Source: Clostridiales bacterium (lineage in GTDB: Bacteria > Bacillota > Clostridia > Saccharofermentanales > DTU023). Taken from it: a stretch of 64,000 bases of DNA. Under the pieces are notes generated by a model, which did no database searches, was not told the origin of the DNA, and was given only the letters and a program-made list of their open reading frames with translations. Positions 1-9,483 of this stretch are shown one piece after another. A program made the position numbers and the translations under genes. Numbering within the stretch: the first letter of the stretch is position 1; every line of letters starts with the position of its first letter. The stretch lies in NCBI GenBank assembly GCA_004556925.1, contig SFFI01000010.1:8512-72511 (forward strand), given 5' to 3'.

Positions 1-258
1 ACAGCCCAAGATTCTCCATATGCTCGCTTCCATGCCAATCAAGGCATGGTGCTCTTTATCTGTGCCTTTGCCCTGTGGGTAGTAGGGCGGATCTTTGCCT
101 TCCTAACGTGGATTCCCGTTTTGGGGGTAATCATCAAGGTGATCTTCCTTATCTTGGAACTGGCTATGTTTGCGGCCTTTATCTATGGCCTTCTGACCAG
201 CTCCAAGGGTAAGGCCATGAAGATCCCGTTTTTGGGTAATATCATTATTTTTGATTAA
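1..258 (+). CDS. small membrane protein, DUF4870-like, 5' end cut by window edge
   Basis: Frame 1 is open from base 1 (TAQDSPYARFHANQG precedes the listed Met at 46). An HANQ motif is followed by two long hydrophobic helices; stop at 256-258. Confidence 0.45.
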   Translation, partial: TAQDSPYARFHANQGMVLFICAFALWVVGRIFAFLTWIPVLGVIIKVIFLILELAMFAAFIYGLLTSSKGKAMKIPFLGNIIIFD

Positions 259-274
259 ACGCAGAAATAATAGC

Positions 275-1051
275 CTAGTTGAGAAGGGTGGCCTCTGCCT
301 CCTCAAAGCCCTCGGCCTGGTAGTCCAGATTCTGATAGCCCTGGCCCCAATAGGACCTTACTAAGAGGCAATGCATTTCTTGGCCTGGACGGTCCAGCCC
401 AGGATAGTCAACAAAACTTGAAGCCTTTAAGCTCTCGCCCTGGCGGGAGCTTTTTCCCTGCACTTGGTCGACAAACAGGAAATGCCATAAGGAACCATTG
501 GGAATGATTTCCTTGGACTCCAAATTGTGGCTCAAGCCAGGCACGAAAGAGAAGAGGGCAGATTTAATGGTGCCATAGTGGCCAAAAATATAGGCAGAAT
601 TCAGGCCCTTAGCCTTGAGCTCTGCTAAAAGATCTAGGCAACCTTTGAGCACTCGGATGCGCTGTTCGGAAAAGAGTTCTTCTCCTCCACCCTGGGAAAT
701 ATCATGGTAGAACTTATCATAAAAGGCCTCGTTCACCTGATAATCTTCCGGAACACTACCCTCCATGAGGCCGAAGTAGGATTCCGAAAACCGCCAATCC
801 TGCTGGGCGATATCTTCCTTGCCGCTCGTAATTTTGAGCGTATGGAGAGCCCTCGTAAGCCCCGAGTGCCGATAAAGATCGGCCTCGGGGTAGGGGATTT
901 GTGTTTTGAGGGCTTCGAGCTCTTGCTTGCCCTCCTCGGTGAGAGGAAGGTCCATCCAGCCACCAAAGATGCGGAAGTAGTTTCCCATGGATTGGCCATG
1001 CCGCACGAAGTAAAGATTATAATAGGGTGCTTGTAAAAACTTAGGGTCCAT
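275..1051 (-). CDS. histidine phosphatase family protein (phosphoglycerate mutase-like)
   Basis: LYFVRHGQSMGN catalytic RHG motif near the N-terminus. Start moved to Met23 of the listed ORF (MDPKF, codon at 1051) because the longer ORF overlaps the upstream peptidase gene, whose stop is at 1053. Confidence 0.8.
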   Translation of the reverse strand: MDPKFLQAPYYNLYFVRHGQSMGNYFRIFGGWMDLPLTEEGKQELEALKTQIPYPEADLYRHSGLTRALHTLKITSGKEDIAQQDWRFSESYFGLMEGSVPEDYQVNEAFYDKFYHDISQGGGEELFSEQRIRVLKGCLDLLAELKAKGLNSAYIFGHYGTIKSALFSFVPGLSHNLESKEIIPNGSLWHFLFVDQVQGKSSRQGESLKASSFVDYPGLDRPGQEMHCLLVRSYWGQGYQNLDYQAEGFEEAEATLLN

Positions 1052-1052
1052 A

Positions 1053-2834
1053 TTATGGGAGGGGGGCGCAGGCAGTCTTGAGGTCTGCCCTCTCTTCATC
1101 TGTTGCCATCTGGTCAATGAGGACGTCGTAGCATTGCTGGTGGTAGTGGTCTAGCCAGGCAATTTCCTGAGCGGAGAGCAGGTCAGGGTTAATCGCGTCG
1201 CGGTCTAGGGGGACAAAAGACATGACTTCCAGCTGGAAGAACCTATCCCCCATGAACTCACGGTCAAAGCTTACCACATAGTCGTTTTCCAAGCGGATGC
1301 CGTGTTTACCCTCTTTGTAGACCCCAGGCTCAATCGTGATGTGCATGCCTTCTTTGAGGGGGAGGGCGCTGTAGACCTTGGAAAAGCGTTGGGGCCCTTC
1401 ATGTACACCAGAAACGTAGCCTACGCCGTGGCCTGTACCGCACTTGTAATCCATATAATGCTGCCAGAGGGGCTGGCGAGCTAGGCAGTCTAGATAATAG
1501 CCCGTCGTGCCTTCTAGGAACTTGGCTGATGCTAGGGCAATATGGGACTTGAGGGTTAGGGTAAAGTCGGTTTTTTCTTCCTCAGTCAATTCGCCCAAGG
1601 CAATGGTCCGGGTAATATCTGTAGTCCCGTCCAAATATTGACCGCCAGAGTCGATTAAATAGAAGGACTTGGCTTCCAGCTTGGCCTTGTGGTCCGCAGA
1701 GGGGGCGTAGTGCATCATGGCAGCATTGGGGCCATAGGCGGAAATAGAGCTAAAACTCTCGTCCAAGAACTTATCCCCCTGAGACCGCCAGGCATGGAGC
1801 TGGTCGGCTGCCTGCAACTCATCTATGTCTTGGCGCTTGACTTCGCGCTTGAGCCAGAAGAGAAAGCGGGTAATGGCTGCAGAATCCCGTTTGTAGGCAG
1901 CCTTTTGGCAGGCAAGCTCTGTGGGATTAAGGCAGCATTTGGTCAAGTAGACGTAAGAGTTGCGGTCTAAAATCTCTATCGACTGAGGTAGGGACTTGAA
2001 GAGTTTGTAGGAAATCAGGCCCTTATCCAAAGCGATCTTTTTCGCATCCAAGCTGGCTAAAGCATCAGGGACTGCTGTGTAGTCCAGAAGCTCGATGCCT
2101 TCCTCTCGGAAAACATCCTGCATCTTTTGGTCCAATTTTTGCAGGTCAATAAAGAGCTGGGCCTGCTTGTCTGTAATCAGAGCGTAGGCTAAGCTAACTG
2201 GGTTATTGGGTACATCCCCGCCCCGGTAGTTGTAAAGCCAAGCGACGTCGTCCAGACCTACAATAAAAGTGGCATCCGCACCATCTTGCGCCATCTGCTG
2301 ACGGATATTTTGCACCTTCTCCTTGGCGCTGAGTCCCGTATAGGCCAGGTCATGGGCGAAGATTTTGGCGGAGGGTAGGGCAGGACGGTCTTGCCACAGG
2401 GGATCTAGGAGAGAGGGCAGAGGCTGTAAGCAGATCTCCTTTGCAGCCAGGGCTTCAGACATTTGCTCGTAGGCCTTTTGGGAGAGGGTTGCTTCATTCA
2501 TACCGACAAGGTCGCCTGCGGACAGGTTTTCCAAGAGCCACTCCTTCACATCGGGGTAACCTGGGGTAGCCATCTTCATGAGCTTGAATTCACTGTCGGC
2601 AATTTGCTGCTCGGCCTGGATAAAATAACGGCCGTCTGCCCACACGAGCGCCTGGTCCTGGGTCACTAAGCCAGTGCCCGCTGAGCCTGTAAAGCCGGTA
2701 AGCCAAGCTCTTTCCTTAAAGTGATCAGCTACATATTCGGACTGGTGGGCATCTGCCGTATTGACCACATAGGCGGCCAGGCCCTGGGCCTGCATGGCCT
2801 TTCTCAAAGCAGCAATTTTTTCGTTAGTCTGCAT
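1053..2834 (-). CDS. Xaa-Pro aminopeptidase, M24B family (long form)
   Basis: 593 aa. Pita-bread metal-ligand contexts are present: DSGGQY..DITRT, GHGVGY, ITIEPGVY, LENDYVV. GGGAGA lies upstream of ATG 2834. Confidence 0.85.
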   Translation of the reverse strand: MQTNEKIAALRKAMQAQGLAAYVVNTADAHQSEYVADHFKERAWLTGFTGSAGTGLVTQDQALVWADGRYFIQAEQQIADSEFKLMKMATPGYPDVKEWLLENLSAGDLVGMNEATLSQKAYEQMSEALAAKEICLQPLPSLLDPLWQDRPALPSAKIFAHDLAYTGLSAKEKVQNIRQQMAQDGADATFIVGLDDVAWLYNYRGGDVPNNPVSLAYALITDKQAQLFIDLQKLDQKMQDVFREEGIELLDYTAVPDALASLDAKKIALDKGLISYKLFKSLPQSIEILDRNSYVYLTKCCLNPTELACQKAAYKRDSAAITRFLFWLKREVKRQDIDELQAADQLHAWRSQGDKFLDESFSSISAYGPNAAMMHYAPSADHKAKLEAKSFYLIDSGGQYLDGTTDITRTIALGELTEEEKTDFTLTLKSHIALASAKFLEGTTGYYLDCLARQPLWQHYMDYKCGTGHGVGYVSGVHEGPQRFSKVYSALPLKEGMHITIEPGVYKEGKHGIRLENDYVVSFDREFMGDRFFQLEVMSFVPLDRDAINPDLLSAQEIAWLDHYHQQCYDVLIDQMATDEERADLKTACAPLP

Positions 2835-2961
2835 GTTCTATCTCCCTTACTCTTACTTATTCCATTTATGACGATGCTTTGCCGGTTAGCAAAGGACCGG
2901 ATTTCAACTTACGTATTCTATTTTATGCTTTTAAGCCTTATCTGTCCTGCATCCCTCTGGC

Positions 2962-4047
2962 CTAATTAATTCTTTCGCCGGAAGCCTTGTTGAAAAAATG
3001 CAGGGCGTCTGACTGGATATGGAAATCGTAGTTCTGGCCAGATTTAAATTCCAGATGGCCAGGAGCGGATACGACCAGCTCCGTGTGGTCAGCGAGCTCA
3101 CAATAGAGGATTTGTTCCTTGCCCAGCATTTCTACGACGTCCACAGTCAGTTGAAAGTTGTTGGCTTCAGCCAAACCTTGGCTGAGACGTTCACCTCTGA
3201 CGCCAAGCAGCACCTCCTCACCCTCGTGCGCTTTGAGTTTTTGGGCATCGTCTGGAGAGGGGTGGAGTTTAATCAGCTGATTATCACTGATGTACTGGCC
3301 CTGCACGATCTTGCCAGGGATGAGGTTCATTGCGGGGGTACCAATAAAGCCTGCGACAAATACATTGGCTGGCCGGTGGTATAGCTCAGAAGGGGCTCCA
3401 GCCTGCTGAATAATGCCCTTGTTTAAGAGGACAATCTGATCCGCCATGGTCATGGCTTCCGTTTGATCATGGGTGACATAAATGGTTGTGGTGCCTAGAC
3501 GTTTGTGTAGACGGACTAATTCCACCCGCATGTGTTCCCGTAACTTGGCATCCAAATTGGAGAGGGGTTCATCCATGAGAAAGACTGAGGGCTTACGGAC
3601 CATGGCCCGTCCCAGGGCAACCCGCTGCCTTTGTCCTCCGGAAATATCTGAAGGACGGGAGTAGAGGTACTCTTCAATTTGCAGAAGCTTAGCTGCTTCT
3701 AAAACCCTCTGGTGGATGACCTCCTTGGATTCTTTACGCATTTTAAGCGAGAAGGCCATATTGTCATAGACCGTCATATGGGGGTAGAGGGCGTAGGATT
3801 GGAAAACCATGGCGATATCCCGATCCTTGGCTGCAACCTTGTTCATGAGCTTGTCCCCAAAGACTAGTTCTCCTTCTGTGATAGAGTTGAGCCCGGCGAT
3901 CATCCGTAAAAGGGTAGACTTGCCACAGCCTGACGGACCTAAAATGGCGCAGAATTCCTGGCTGTGAATGTCCAGATTAATGTGGCGGATAGTGAATTCT
4001 TCTCTGCCTTCGTACTTTTTACCAATATTTTTCAAACGCACATCCAT
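2962..4047 (-). CDS. sugar ABC transporter ATP-binding protein (MalK/MsmK/UgpC type)
   Basis: Walker A GPSGCGKST, signature LSGGQRQRV, Walker B FLMDEPLS. A roughly 120-aa C-terminal regulatory domain is typical of MalK-type ATPases. Confidence 0.9.
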   Translation of the reverse strand: MDVRLKNIGKKYEGREEFTIRHINLDIHSQEFCAILGPSGCGKSTLLRMIAGLNSITEGELVFGDKLMNKVAAKDRDIAMVFQSYALYPHMTVYDNMAFSLKMRKESKEVIHQRVLEAAKLLQIEEYLYSRPSDISGGQRQRVALGRAMVRKPSVFLMDEPLSNLDAKLREHMRVELVRLHKRLGTTTIYVTHDQTEAMTMADQIVLLNKGIIQQAGAPSELYHRPANVFVAGFIGTPAMNLIPGKIVQGQYISDNQLIKLHPSPDDAQKLKAHEGEEVLLGVRGERLSQGLAEANNFQLTVDVVEMLGKEQILYCELADHTELVVSAPGHLEFKSGQNYDFHIQSDALHFFNKASGERIN

Positions 4048-4104
4048 GTGATTGCTCCTTGTTAATCTTTATGTCGTTTACCTAGCTTGCTTTAAAATGC
4101 TTGC

Positions 4105-5004
4105 TTAGCCCTTAACTGAGCCTTGGGCCAAGCCGGAAACCAGCTGACCTTGCAGGCTGATGAAGAGGATAATAATGGGGATGGCCGTTAGGAGGCCTCC
4201 AGCAGCAAAGGCTGGCTGGTTCATGGTTCTGACATCGTTAATGAGAGTAAATAGCCCAGTCGCCAGGGTATAGGACTGGGGGTTAGTCAAAAGAATCTTG
4301 GGCAGCATGTAGTCCATAAAAGGTCCTATGAAGGACCAGAGGCCAATGATGGCCAGCATGGGCCGGGCGATGGGCATGATAATCAGGCGGTAGACCTGCA
4401 TATTAGAACAGCCGTCGATACGGGCGGCGTCGTCGAGCTCCGTGGAGACGGAGTCAATGTAGTTCTTCAAGATCAAAGTGTTAGAAGCAATACCGCCGCC
4501 GGCGTAAATTAAGACCAGCAAAGCTTCCCGAGAAAAGAAGGGCAAGACCGAAGAAAAGATATTATGCATGGTGTAATAGGCCGTAATCCCTGCAAAGGTG
4601 GGAATAGACTGGATCAGCATAATGGTCATAAGGGAGGCCTTGCGCCCGGAGAAACGGTAGCGGGAGTAGGCATAGCCAGTAAAGGAGACAATCAAGAGGG
4701 TGACCAGGGCTGAAGCCAGGGCAATGATAATGGTATTTTTTACCCAAGAGAAAAAGTAGGTTTCCTCAAAGAGATAGCGGAAGTTATCCAGGGAGAAAAC
4801 ATAGGTCCCCGCCATAGAGATAGCCTTCCCTTGGTTGCCGTTAAAGCTGGATAGGACCATCTGGGCTAAGGGCCAGATAATAGCAAAAGCCCAGGCAATC
4901 AGAATCACATAGGACAGGGCCAGGAAAACTTTCCCCAGGCTGGTGAGGGGAGGCTTGTCGGACAGATAGAGGTCTGAGGATTTTTTGTGCTTGATGATAG
5001 ACAT
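4105..5004 (-). CDS. sugar ABC transporter permease (MalG type)
   Basis: 299 aa, six hydrophobic segments, EAA-type loop DDAARIDGCSNMQVYRLIIMP. Confidence 0.85.
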   Translation of the reverse strand: MSIIKHKKSSDLYLSDKPPLTSLGKVFLALSYVILIAWAFAIIWPLAQMVLSSFNGNQGKAISMAGTYVFSLDNFRYLFEETYFFSWVKNTIIIALASALVTLLIVSFTGYAYSRYRFSGRKASLMTIMLIQSIPTFAGITAYYTMHNIFSSVLPFFSREALLVLIYAGGGIASNTLILKNYIDSVSTELDDAARIDGCSNMQVYRLIIMPIARPMLAIIGLWSFIGPFMDYMLPKILLTNPQSYTLATGLFTLINDVRTMNQPAFAAGGLLTAIPIIILFISLQGQLVSGLAQGSVKG

Positions 5005-5015
5005 AAGGCAGCTCC

Positions 5016-7097
5016 CTAATCGTTAAAGGCCTTGGTCTTGCGGAAGCCAAGGAAGGAAACAAACATGAGGACCAAAGAGATCAGAATCGTGATGGCCGCA
5101 CCTAAGGCCTGGTATTGGTTCTCAATAGTTAATTTGAATATATAAGAAATCAATATATCCGAGGATCCAGCCAGGTTGCCATATTTGCTAGGCACAAAAG
5201 GTCCCCCGTTATTAAAGAGGGCAATGATGGAATAGTTGTTAAAGTTGAAGGTGTACTGGGTCACCAGAAGGGGGGCAATTTGGTAGAGCAGGAGGGGAAT
5301 GGTAATATGCTGCACCCGCTTCCAGGATCCTGCACCATCAATTTCTGCGGCCTCGTACAAGTCCTGAGGAATGGACTGCAAGATGCCGGTACACAAGAGG
5401 AAAATATAGGAAGACCCCAGCCAGCCCTGGAGCAGGACCAAGGCTATCCGGGTCAAAGTCGTATCATTTTTGACGTTCACCACATACCCTGCTAGGCCAG
5501 AAATCAGTTCGGTTAATATGCCGTTGGGGGCCAGCATGACAGAAAAGAACATGATGGTGATAAAGGCGGGAACTGCCCAGGGCAGGAGGTAAATTGTCCG
5601 CCAGAGTTTCTTGCCGCGAATGCGGTCCTGGTTAACCAGGAGGGCCAGGATAAAGCCGATTAAGATGGCCAGAGTAGTTGCCGCTAGGGTCCAGACTATG
5701 GTCCAGGAAAGGATATGCCAGAAAGCTTTTCCAGCAACGCCTTGCCCTAGGGCTATGACCTTGTAATTAGCCAGGCCATTCCAGGCAAATTTGGACTGGT
5801 GTTTGGGGTCCATGCTGGTAAAGGATAAGAGGATGGTGGTTACTACCGGCACGAGCACAATAAAAATAATCACCAAAAGGGCGGGGGTAGAGACAATGTA
5901 GGGGAAACCGTGGCTTTCCAGGCTTTCTTTAGTCTCAAACCAATTGTGGGGCCGGATGCCCTTGATACGTTTTTTCTCCACCCGGTAGGCGTCACGTATG
6001 GCAAAGTAATAAATAGCCAGGGCCAGGATTAAGAGGAAGATGGCCATAATACCTTCAATCATGAAGATAATGGACCGGTCCACCCGACGGCCGCCTTGGG
6101 CCAGGCTAATCAGTCCTGCCACGCCCTGCCCCTGATAGTTACCGTAACCTAGGGCATAGGGGATAGCGGCAAAGCCGATAAAGAGGGACCCCAAGAAAAA
6201 TAAAATTGCCTTGATATATTGCTTGTTGGCCAGTTGAGCTAAACCGGGCAAGACTAGATTTAAGAGAAATTTCCGCGGGTGCTTGGCCGTTACTTCCACC
6301 GGGGTGCGGCGGCGGAGATCAGAAATATCAGCCTGCATGACCCGGTATTTTTCCTTGATCCCCACCTTAAGGCTGTGCTTGATGGACCTTATTTGTTCTT
6401 CCAAGCCCTTAACGGGATCCTCCAGTTCTTTTAAGGCAAGATCTTCTTTTAGGGCCAGTTTTTCCATCTTCCGTTCGGAGGCTAGAGCCTTTGAGGAAAT
6501 TTGCCCCTGCCGCTCCTTGGCCTTGAGGTCAGCAAGCTTATTTTGGTAGACCTCTTGCCGCTGTTTTCGATAAGCAGCAATATCGGCTTTTACGGCTCCC
6601 CGGTCTTGCTTTTCCGCCTCCGCCTTGAGGGCCTCTTTTTCTGCTAGGCTTTTTTCTAAGTCTAGCTGTTGCTGGATAATCCCAGGTAGGTGGAGCTGTT
6701 GGCGCTGGCTGATGAGATAGGCTAACTCAGCATCATAGCTGAGCTCTTGGTAGGCCTGGTAGAAAGCGGACCGCTCTTCGGCAGCCTTGAGTTCAGCATC
6801 CAGCTTAGCCACGCGTTTGTCTTTATAAGGAGAATTATTCTGCCATTGGCTTTGCTTGTCCTTCAGGTCAGCCTCGAAGGCCTGGGCTTTTTGCTCAAAG
6901 GCCTTGAGTTTTTGGCTGTAAGGATGCTGTGCCAACTGGCGCTGTTTGCTGGCTAGACTGGCTTTAAGCCCTGCCTTTTGGTCAGGACGTGCACCTTCCA
7001 GCTGAAGCCCCAAGTCGGCTAATTCTGCCAAGGCCAGGTGCTTGCGAGGGTGGAGGTTGCCAATATCGTCTGCCACTTGAACCGGGTAATACTTCAT
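5016..7097 (-). CDS. sugar ABC transporter permease (MalF/GanP type) with about 270-aa N-terminal coiled-coil extension
   Basis: The C-terminal ~420 aa are polytopic with EAA loop EAAEIDGAGSWKRVQHITIPLL. The N-terminal ~270 aa are K/E/Q/A-rich with no hydrophobic segment. It is one uninterrupted ORF. Confidence 0.8.
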   Translation of the reverse strand: MKYYPVQVADDIGNLHPRKHLALAELADLGLQLEGARPDQKAGLKASLASKQRQLAQHPYSQKLKAFEQKAQAFEADLKDKQSQWQNNSPYKDKRVAKLDAELKAAEERSAFYQAYQELSYDAELAYLISQRQQLHLPGIIQQQLDLEKSLAEKEALKAEAEKQDRGAVKADIAAYRKQRQEVYQNKLADLKAKERQGQISSKALASERKMEKLALKEDLALKELEDPVKGLEEQIRSIKHSLKVGIKEKYRVMQADISDLRRRTPVEVTAKHPRKFLLNLVLPGLAQLANKQYIKAILFFLGSLFIGFAAIPYALGYGNYQGQGVAGLISLAQGGRRVDRSIIFMIEGIMAIFLLILALAIYYFAIRDAYRVEKKRIKGIRPHNWFETKESLESHGFPYIVSTPALLVIIFIVLVPVVTTILLSFTSMDPKHQSKFAWNGLANYKVIALGQGVAGKAFWHILSWTIVWTLAATTLAILIGFILALLVNQDRIRGKKLWRTIYLLPWAVPAFITIMFFSVMLAPNGILTELISGLAGYVVNVKNDTTLTRIALVLLQGWLGSSYIFLLCTGILQSIPQDLYEAAEIDGAGSWKRVQHITIPLLLYQIAPLLVTQYTFNFNNYSIIALFNNGGPFVPSKYGNLAGSSDILISYIFKLTIENQYQALGAAITILISLVLMFVSFLGFRKTKAFND

Positions 7098-7579
7098 GAA
7101 TGAGCCTCCTGCTGTTTTTTCAGGTAATACTTTTCCTCTCTCTGCGGTATTCTGGCCAGCTGCCAGAGAAGCACCAGGTAACAGAGTAAAGAGAGGTAGT
7201 AGAAGAGTGAGGAGAAATTAGCCTCTATGGCCTGCTTGACCAGGGCGGCAATCCCTAACAGCAGCCAGACCATGCGAAAGTAACGCGGAGTGCCATAACG
7301 CTTAATCGTCAGAGCTGTATACAGACACAAGACGACGGGATAGAGGATTTTAGCCAAAAAGTAGAAGATATGCGCATTGAGGTAGGTGGAGAAATCCAAA
7401 TCAGGGTAGGCTGCCTGCCATTCTGCAAACAATCCGGCATCCTTAACCATCATGAGGACCTCTAGGGCATAAAGCAAAATGAGAACTGCTGAAGGGATCA
7501 GGAGTGACAGCAGCTTTTCCTGGTCCAACTGGTTTTTATCTTTACTTGTTAGCGTAACTTGCTCACTCATAGATTTCAC
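7094..7579 (-). CDS. hypothetical 4-TM membrane protein inside the sugar ABC operon
   Basis: 161 aa with four hydrophobic helices. Its TGA overlaps the ATG of the downstream permease (ATGA at 7094-7097). Confidence 0.5.
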   Translation of the reverse strand: MKSMSEQVTLTSKDKNQLDQEKLLSLLIPSAVLILLYALEVLMMVKDAGLFAEWQAAYPDLDFSTYLNAHIFYFLAKILYPVVLCLYTALTIKRYGTPRYFRMVWLLLGIAALVKQAIEANFSSLFYYLSLLCYLVLLWQLARIPQREEKYYLKKQQEAHS

Positions 7580-7637
7580 AGATTGCTAAAAATAAAAGGC
7601 TCCCGGAGGAGCCCTTTATTCTTAAGGAACTTTCGAC

Positions 7638-8975
7638 TTATTGTTCTGCGGCCAGGGTTTCCATCATGGCGACGAAGCTGGCTTGGAGTTCTGCGTAAGC
7701 CGCTTCGGCAGATTCAGGTTTGACGGAGTTCCAGGAGAGGACGGCATTCTTGTAGGTATCCCATACACGGCCCCATTCATTGAAAAGGGGACGGGCAGGC
7801 GCATCTTGATAGGACTCGATAACTGCTTTAATGACGTCCTTATCGATGTCTTTCAGATCCTCAAATTTCTCATAATCCTCAGCCGGGACGTTTTCCAGAA
7901 TTTTGCCGGTAGCATTAAAGAGCTCAGCAGCGTGTTCAGGATTGACCAACTCAGCGATTAAAGCCTCTGCCAGGGCTACTTTTTCCTCATCCCCCTCGAT
8001 ACGGGAGTTGATGGCCAGGCCCCAACCGCCCTTCCAGTGGAGTAAGGGTTTGCCGTTAATGGTGATATCAGTAATGGGTTTGATGACCAGGTCTTTACCG
8101 TCGTTAGCTTTTTTGCTGATAGCGCCGGTATCCCAGGGGCCGCCTAAACGGTAGACGCCTGCTTGGCCACTGGTGAAGTTATCATCAATGTAGCCCCAGC
8201 CTGCTTCGGGGTCAAAGAGGGTTGTATTGGCATCAAAATTTAGCTTCCAGTAGTCATAGAGAGCAGTAAAGAAAGCTTGTTTTTCTTCGGGCAGGTCAGA
8301 CCAGTCGGAGGTGAGATCACTGAAGAAGGTATAATCTTCAGCAGCCTCTTCTTTTTCACGGCCGAGCAGCTCGATTTCTGCGGAGTTGCTGAGGGCTACG
8401 CCGTACCAAGCATCAAAGGCAGGCAAGAGAACCGTGGCAGGATCCTTAACTTCGGTCAGCTCGATGGGCTTTTCAATGTCAATCTCATGGGCTTCAGCAT
8501 TGGCGGAGTTAATGAAGACGATCAGGGTTTCAATGTTAAAGGGGAAGGCAAAGTATTCATCCTCAATCTTGAAATTGCCACCAATGCCTTCATTAAAGGC
8601 CTCGAAATCTTTCCAGCCGCCAATTTTTTCAACCAGTTTTTCCGCATCAATGGCACCCAAGACTTCAGCGTCTGTCAGGCCATAAATCCGGTCAGCAGGA
8701 ATGGCAAAAACATCTGCGACGTCGGGGTTACCCGCATCGGTATTGTCAATGGTGTCGAGATGGTCAAAAGCCCCCATTTCGATCAGGTTTATTTTGGCAT
8801 CAGGGTTGGCTTCCAACACGCGATCGATGGCCGCTTTGTAGTAATCCATCCAACCTTCCTCGGCTTGGACACTAATTTCCCCAGTCAGGGGGGCTTCTTC
8901 TGCGGCTACTCCGGCAAAGGGCAGTAGGGCAAAGGCAAGAAGTAGGCTTAGCACAAGGCATAAAGTCTTTTTCAT
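7638..8975 (-). CDS. extracellular sugar-binding protein of ABC transporter (family 1 SBP)
   Basis: Signal peptide MKKTLCLVLSLLLAFALLPFAGVAA. Its size and position as first gene of the ABC operon fit an SBP. Start set at ATG 8975, which follows GGAGG, rather than at 9005. Confidence 0.8.
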   Translation of the reverse strand: MKKTLCLVLSLLLAFALLPFAGVAAEEAPLTGEISVQAEEGWMDYYKAAIDRVLEANPDAKINLIEMGAFDHLDTIDNTDAGNPDVADVFAIPADRIYGLTDAEVLGAIDAEKLVEKIGGWKDFEAFNEGIGGNFKIEDEYFAFPFNIETLIVFINSANAEAHEIDIEKPIELTEVKDPATVLLPAFDAWYGVALSNSAEIELLGREKEEAAEDYTFFSDLTSDWSDLPEEKQAFFTALYDYWKLNFDANTTLFDPEAGWGYIDDNFTSGQAGVYRLGGPWDTGAISKKANDGKDLVIKPITDITINGKPLLHWKGGWGLAINSRIEGDEEKVALAEALIAELVNPEHAAELFNATGKILENVPAEDYEKFEDLKDIDKDVIKAVIESYQDAPARPLFNEWGRVWDTYKNAVLSWNSVKPESAEAAYAELQASFVAMMETLAAEQ

Positions 8976-9022
8976 AAAAACCTCCAAAGTGTTCTTTGCT
9001 TGCACATGGCAACAATATATTT

Positions 9023-9050
9023 CAAACAGACAGGTTTATCTGCTTGTTTG
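9023..9050. promoter_or_regulatory. imperfect palindrome upstream of the sugar ABC operon (candidate operator)
   Basis: CAAACAGACAG-gtttat-CTGCTTGTTTG with 9 of 11 arm positions complementary, about 50 nt upstream of the SBP start. Confidence 0.25.
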
Positions 9051-9113
9051 CACAAAGTATAACATAGAGCAAGCCTTAAAAGTGGCAATCTGCACTTCTC
9101 CTTCTGCATCCTT

Positions 9114-9412
9114 TTAGCCGGAGGAACGCTTCCGTTAAAATGAAAAAGTAAATTCCCCACCAAAAGCGTAAAAAAGAAAAGTTGCCATAAGTCTTGCTAG
9201 ATGCGTTGCTTAAGGCTTGTGGTATTTTTAGTTTTTACCTAAACTTTTCACCTCTGACAGTTCATTAAGCCCGACCCAAACAGTTAACAAGCCTCAAAAA
9301 CCTGTGGAGTGTAAGACTTAATTCTCAGCGGAATTTACTGTAAGGCTAAATGCAACTCCCCACCCTTTAGTGTGGAACTTACTTTTTCACTTTAGCGAGG
9401 AACGCTTCTTGG
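9114..9412. repeat. pair of ~32-nt inverted repeats flanking ~210 bp (MITE-like or regulatory structure)
   Basis: The reverse complement of 9132-9163 (ttggtggggaatttactttttcattttaacgg) matches 9366-9397 (ttagtgtggaacttactttttcactttagcga) with about 6 mismatches. Both copies also carry GAGGAACGCTTC in direct orientation. Confidence 0.4.
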
Positions 9413-9483
9413 CCAGCCCGCCATATCAGGAATATAGGGTCCATGTTATAATAAGCCCTAGTAATTTCAGGGGGTATAGCAAT

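Noticed and set aside
8277-8927. Long antisense ORFs inside well-supported genes (also 16377-16784, 31467-32042, 40268-40726, 58540-58929 and 61778-62164).
   Set aside because: Each lies fully within a CDS that has strong family motifs on the other strand. None has recognisable motifs or a ribosome-binding site.
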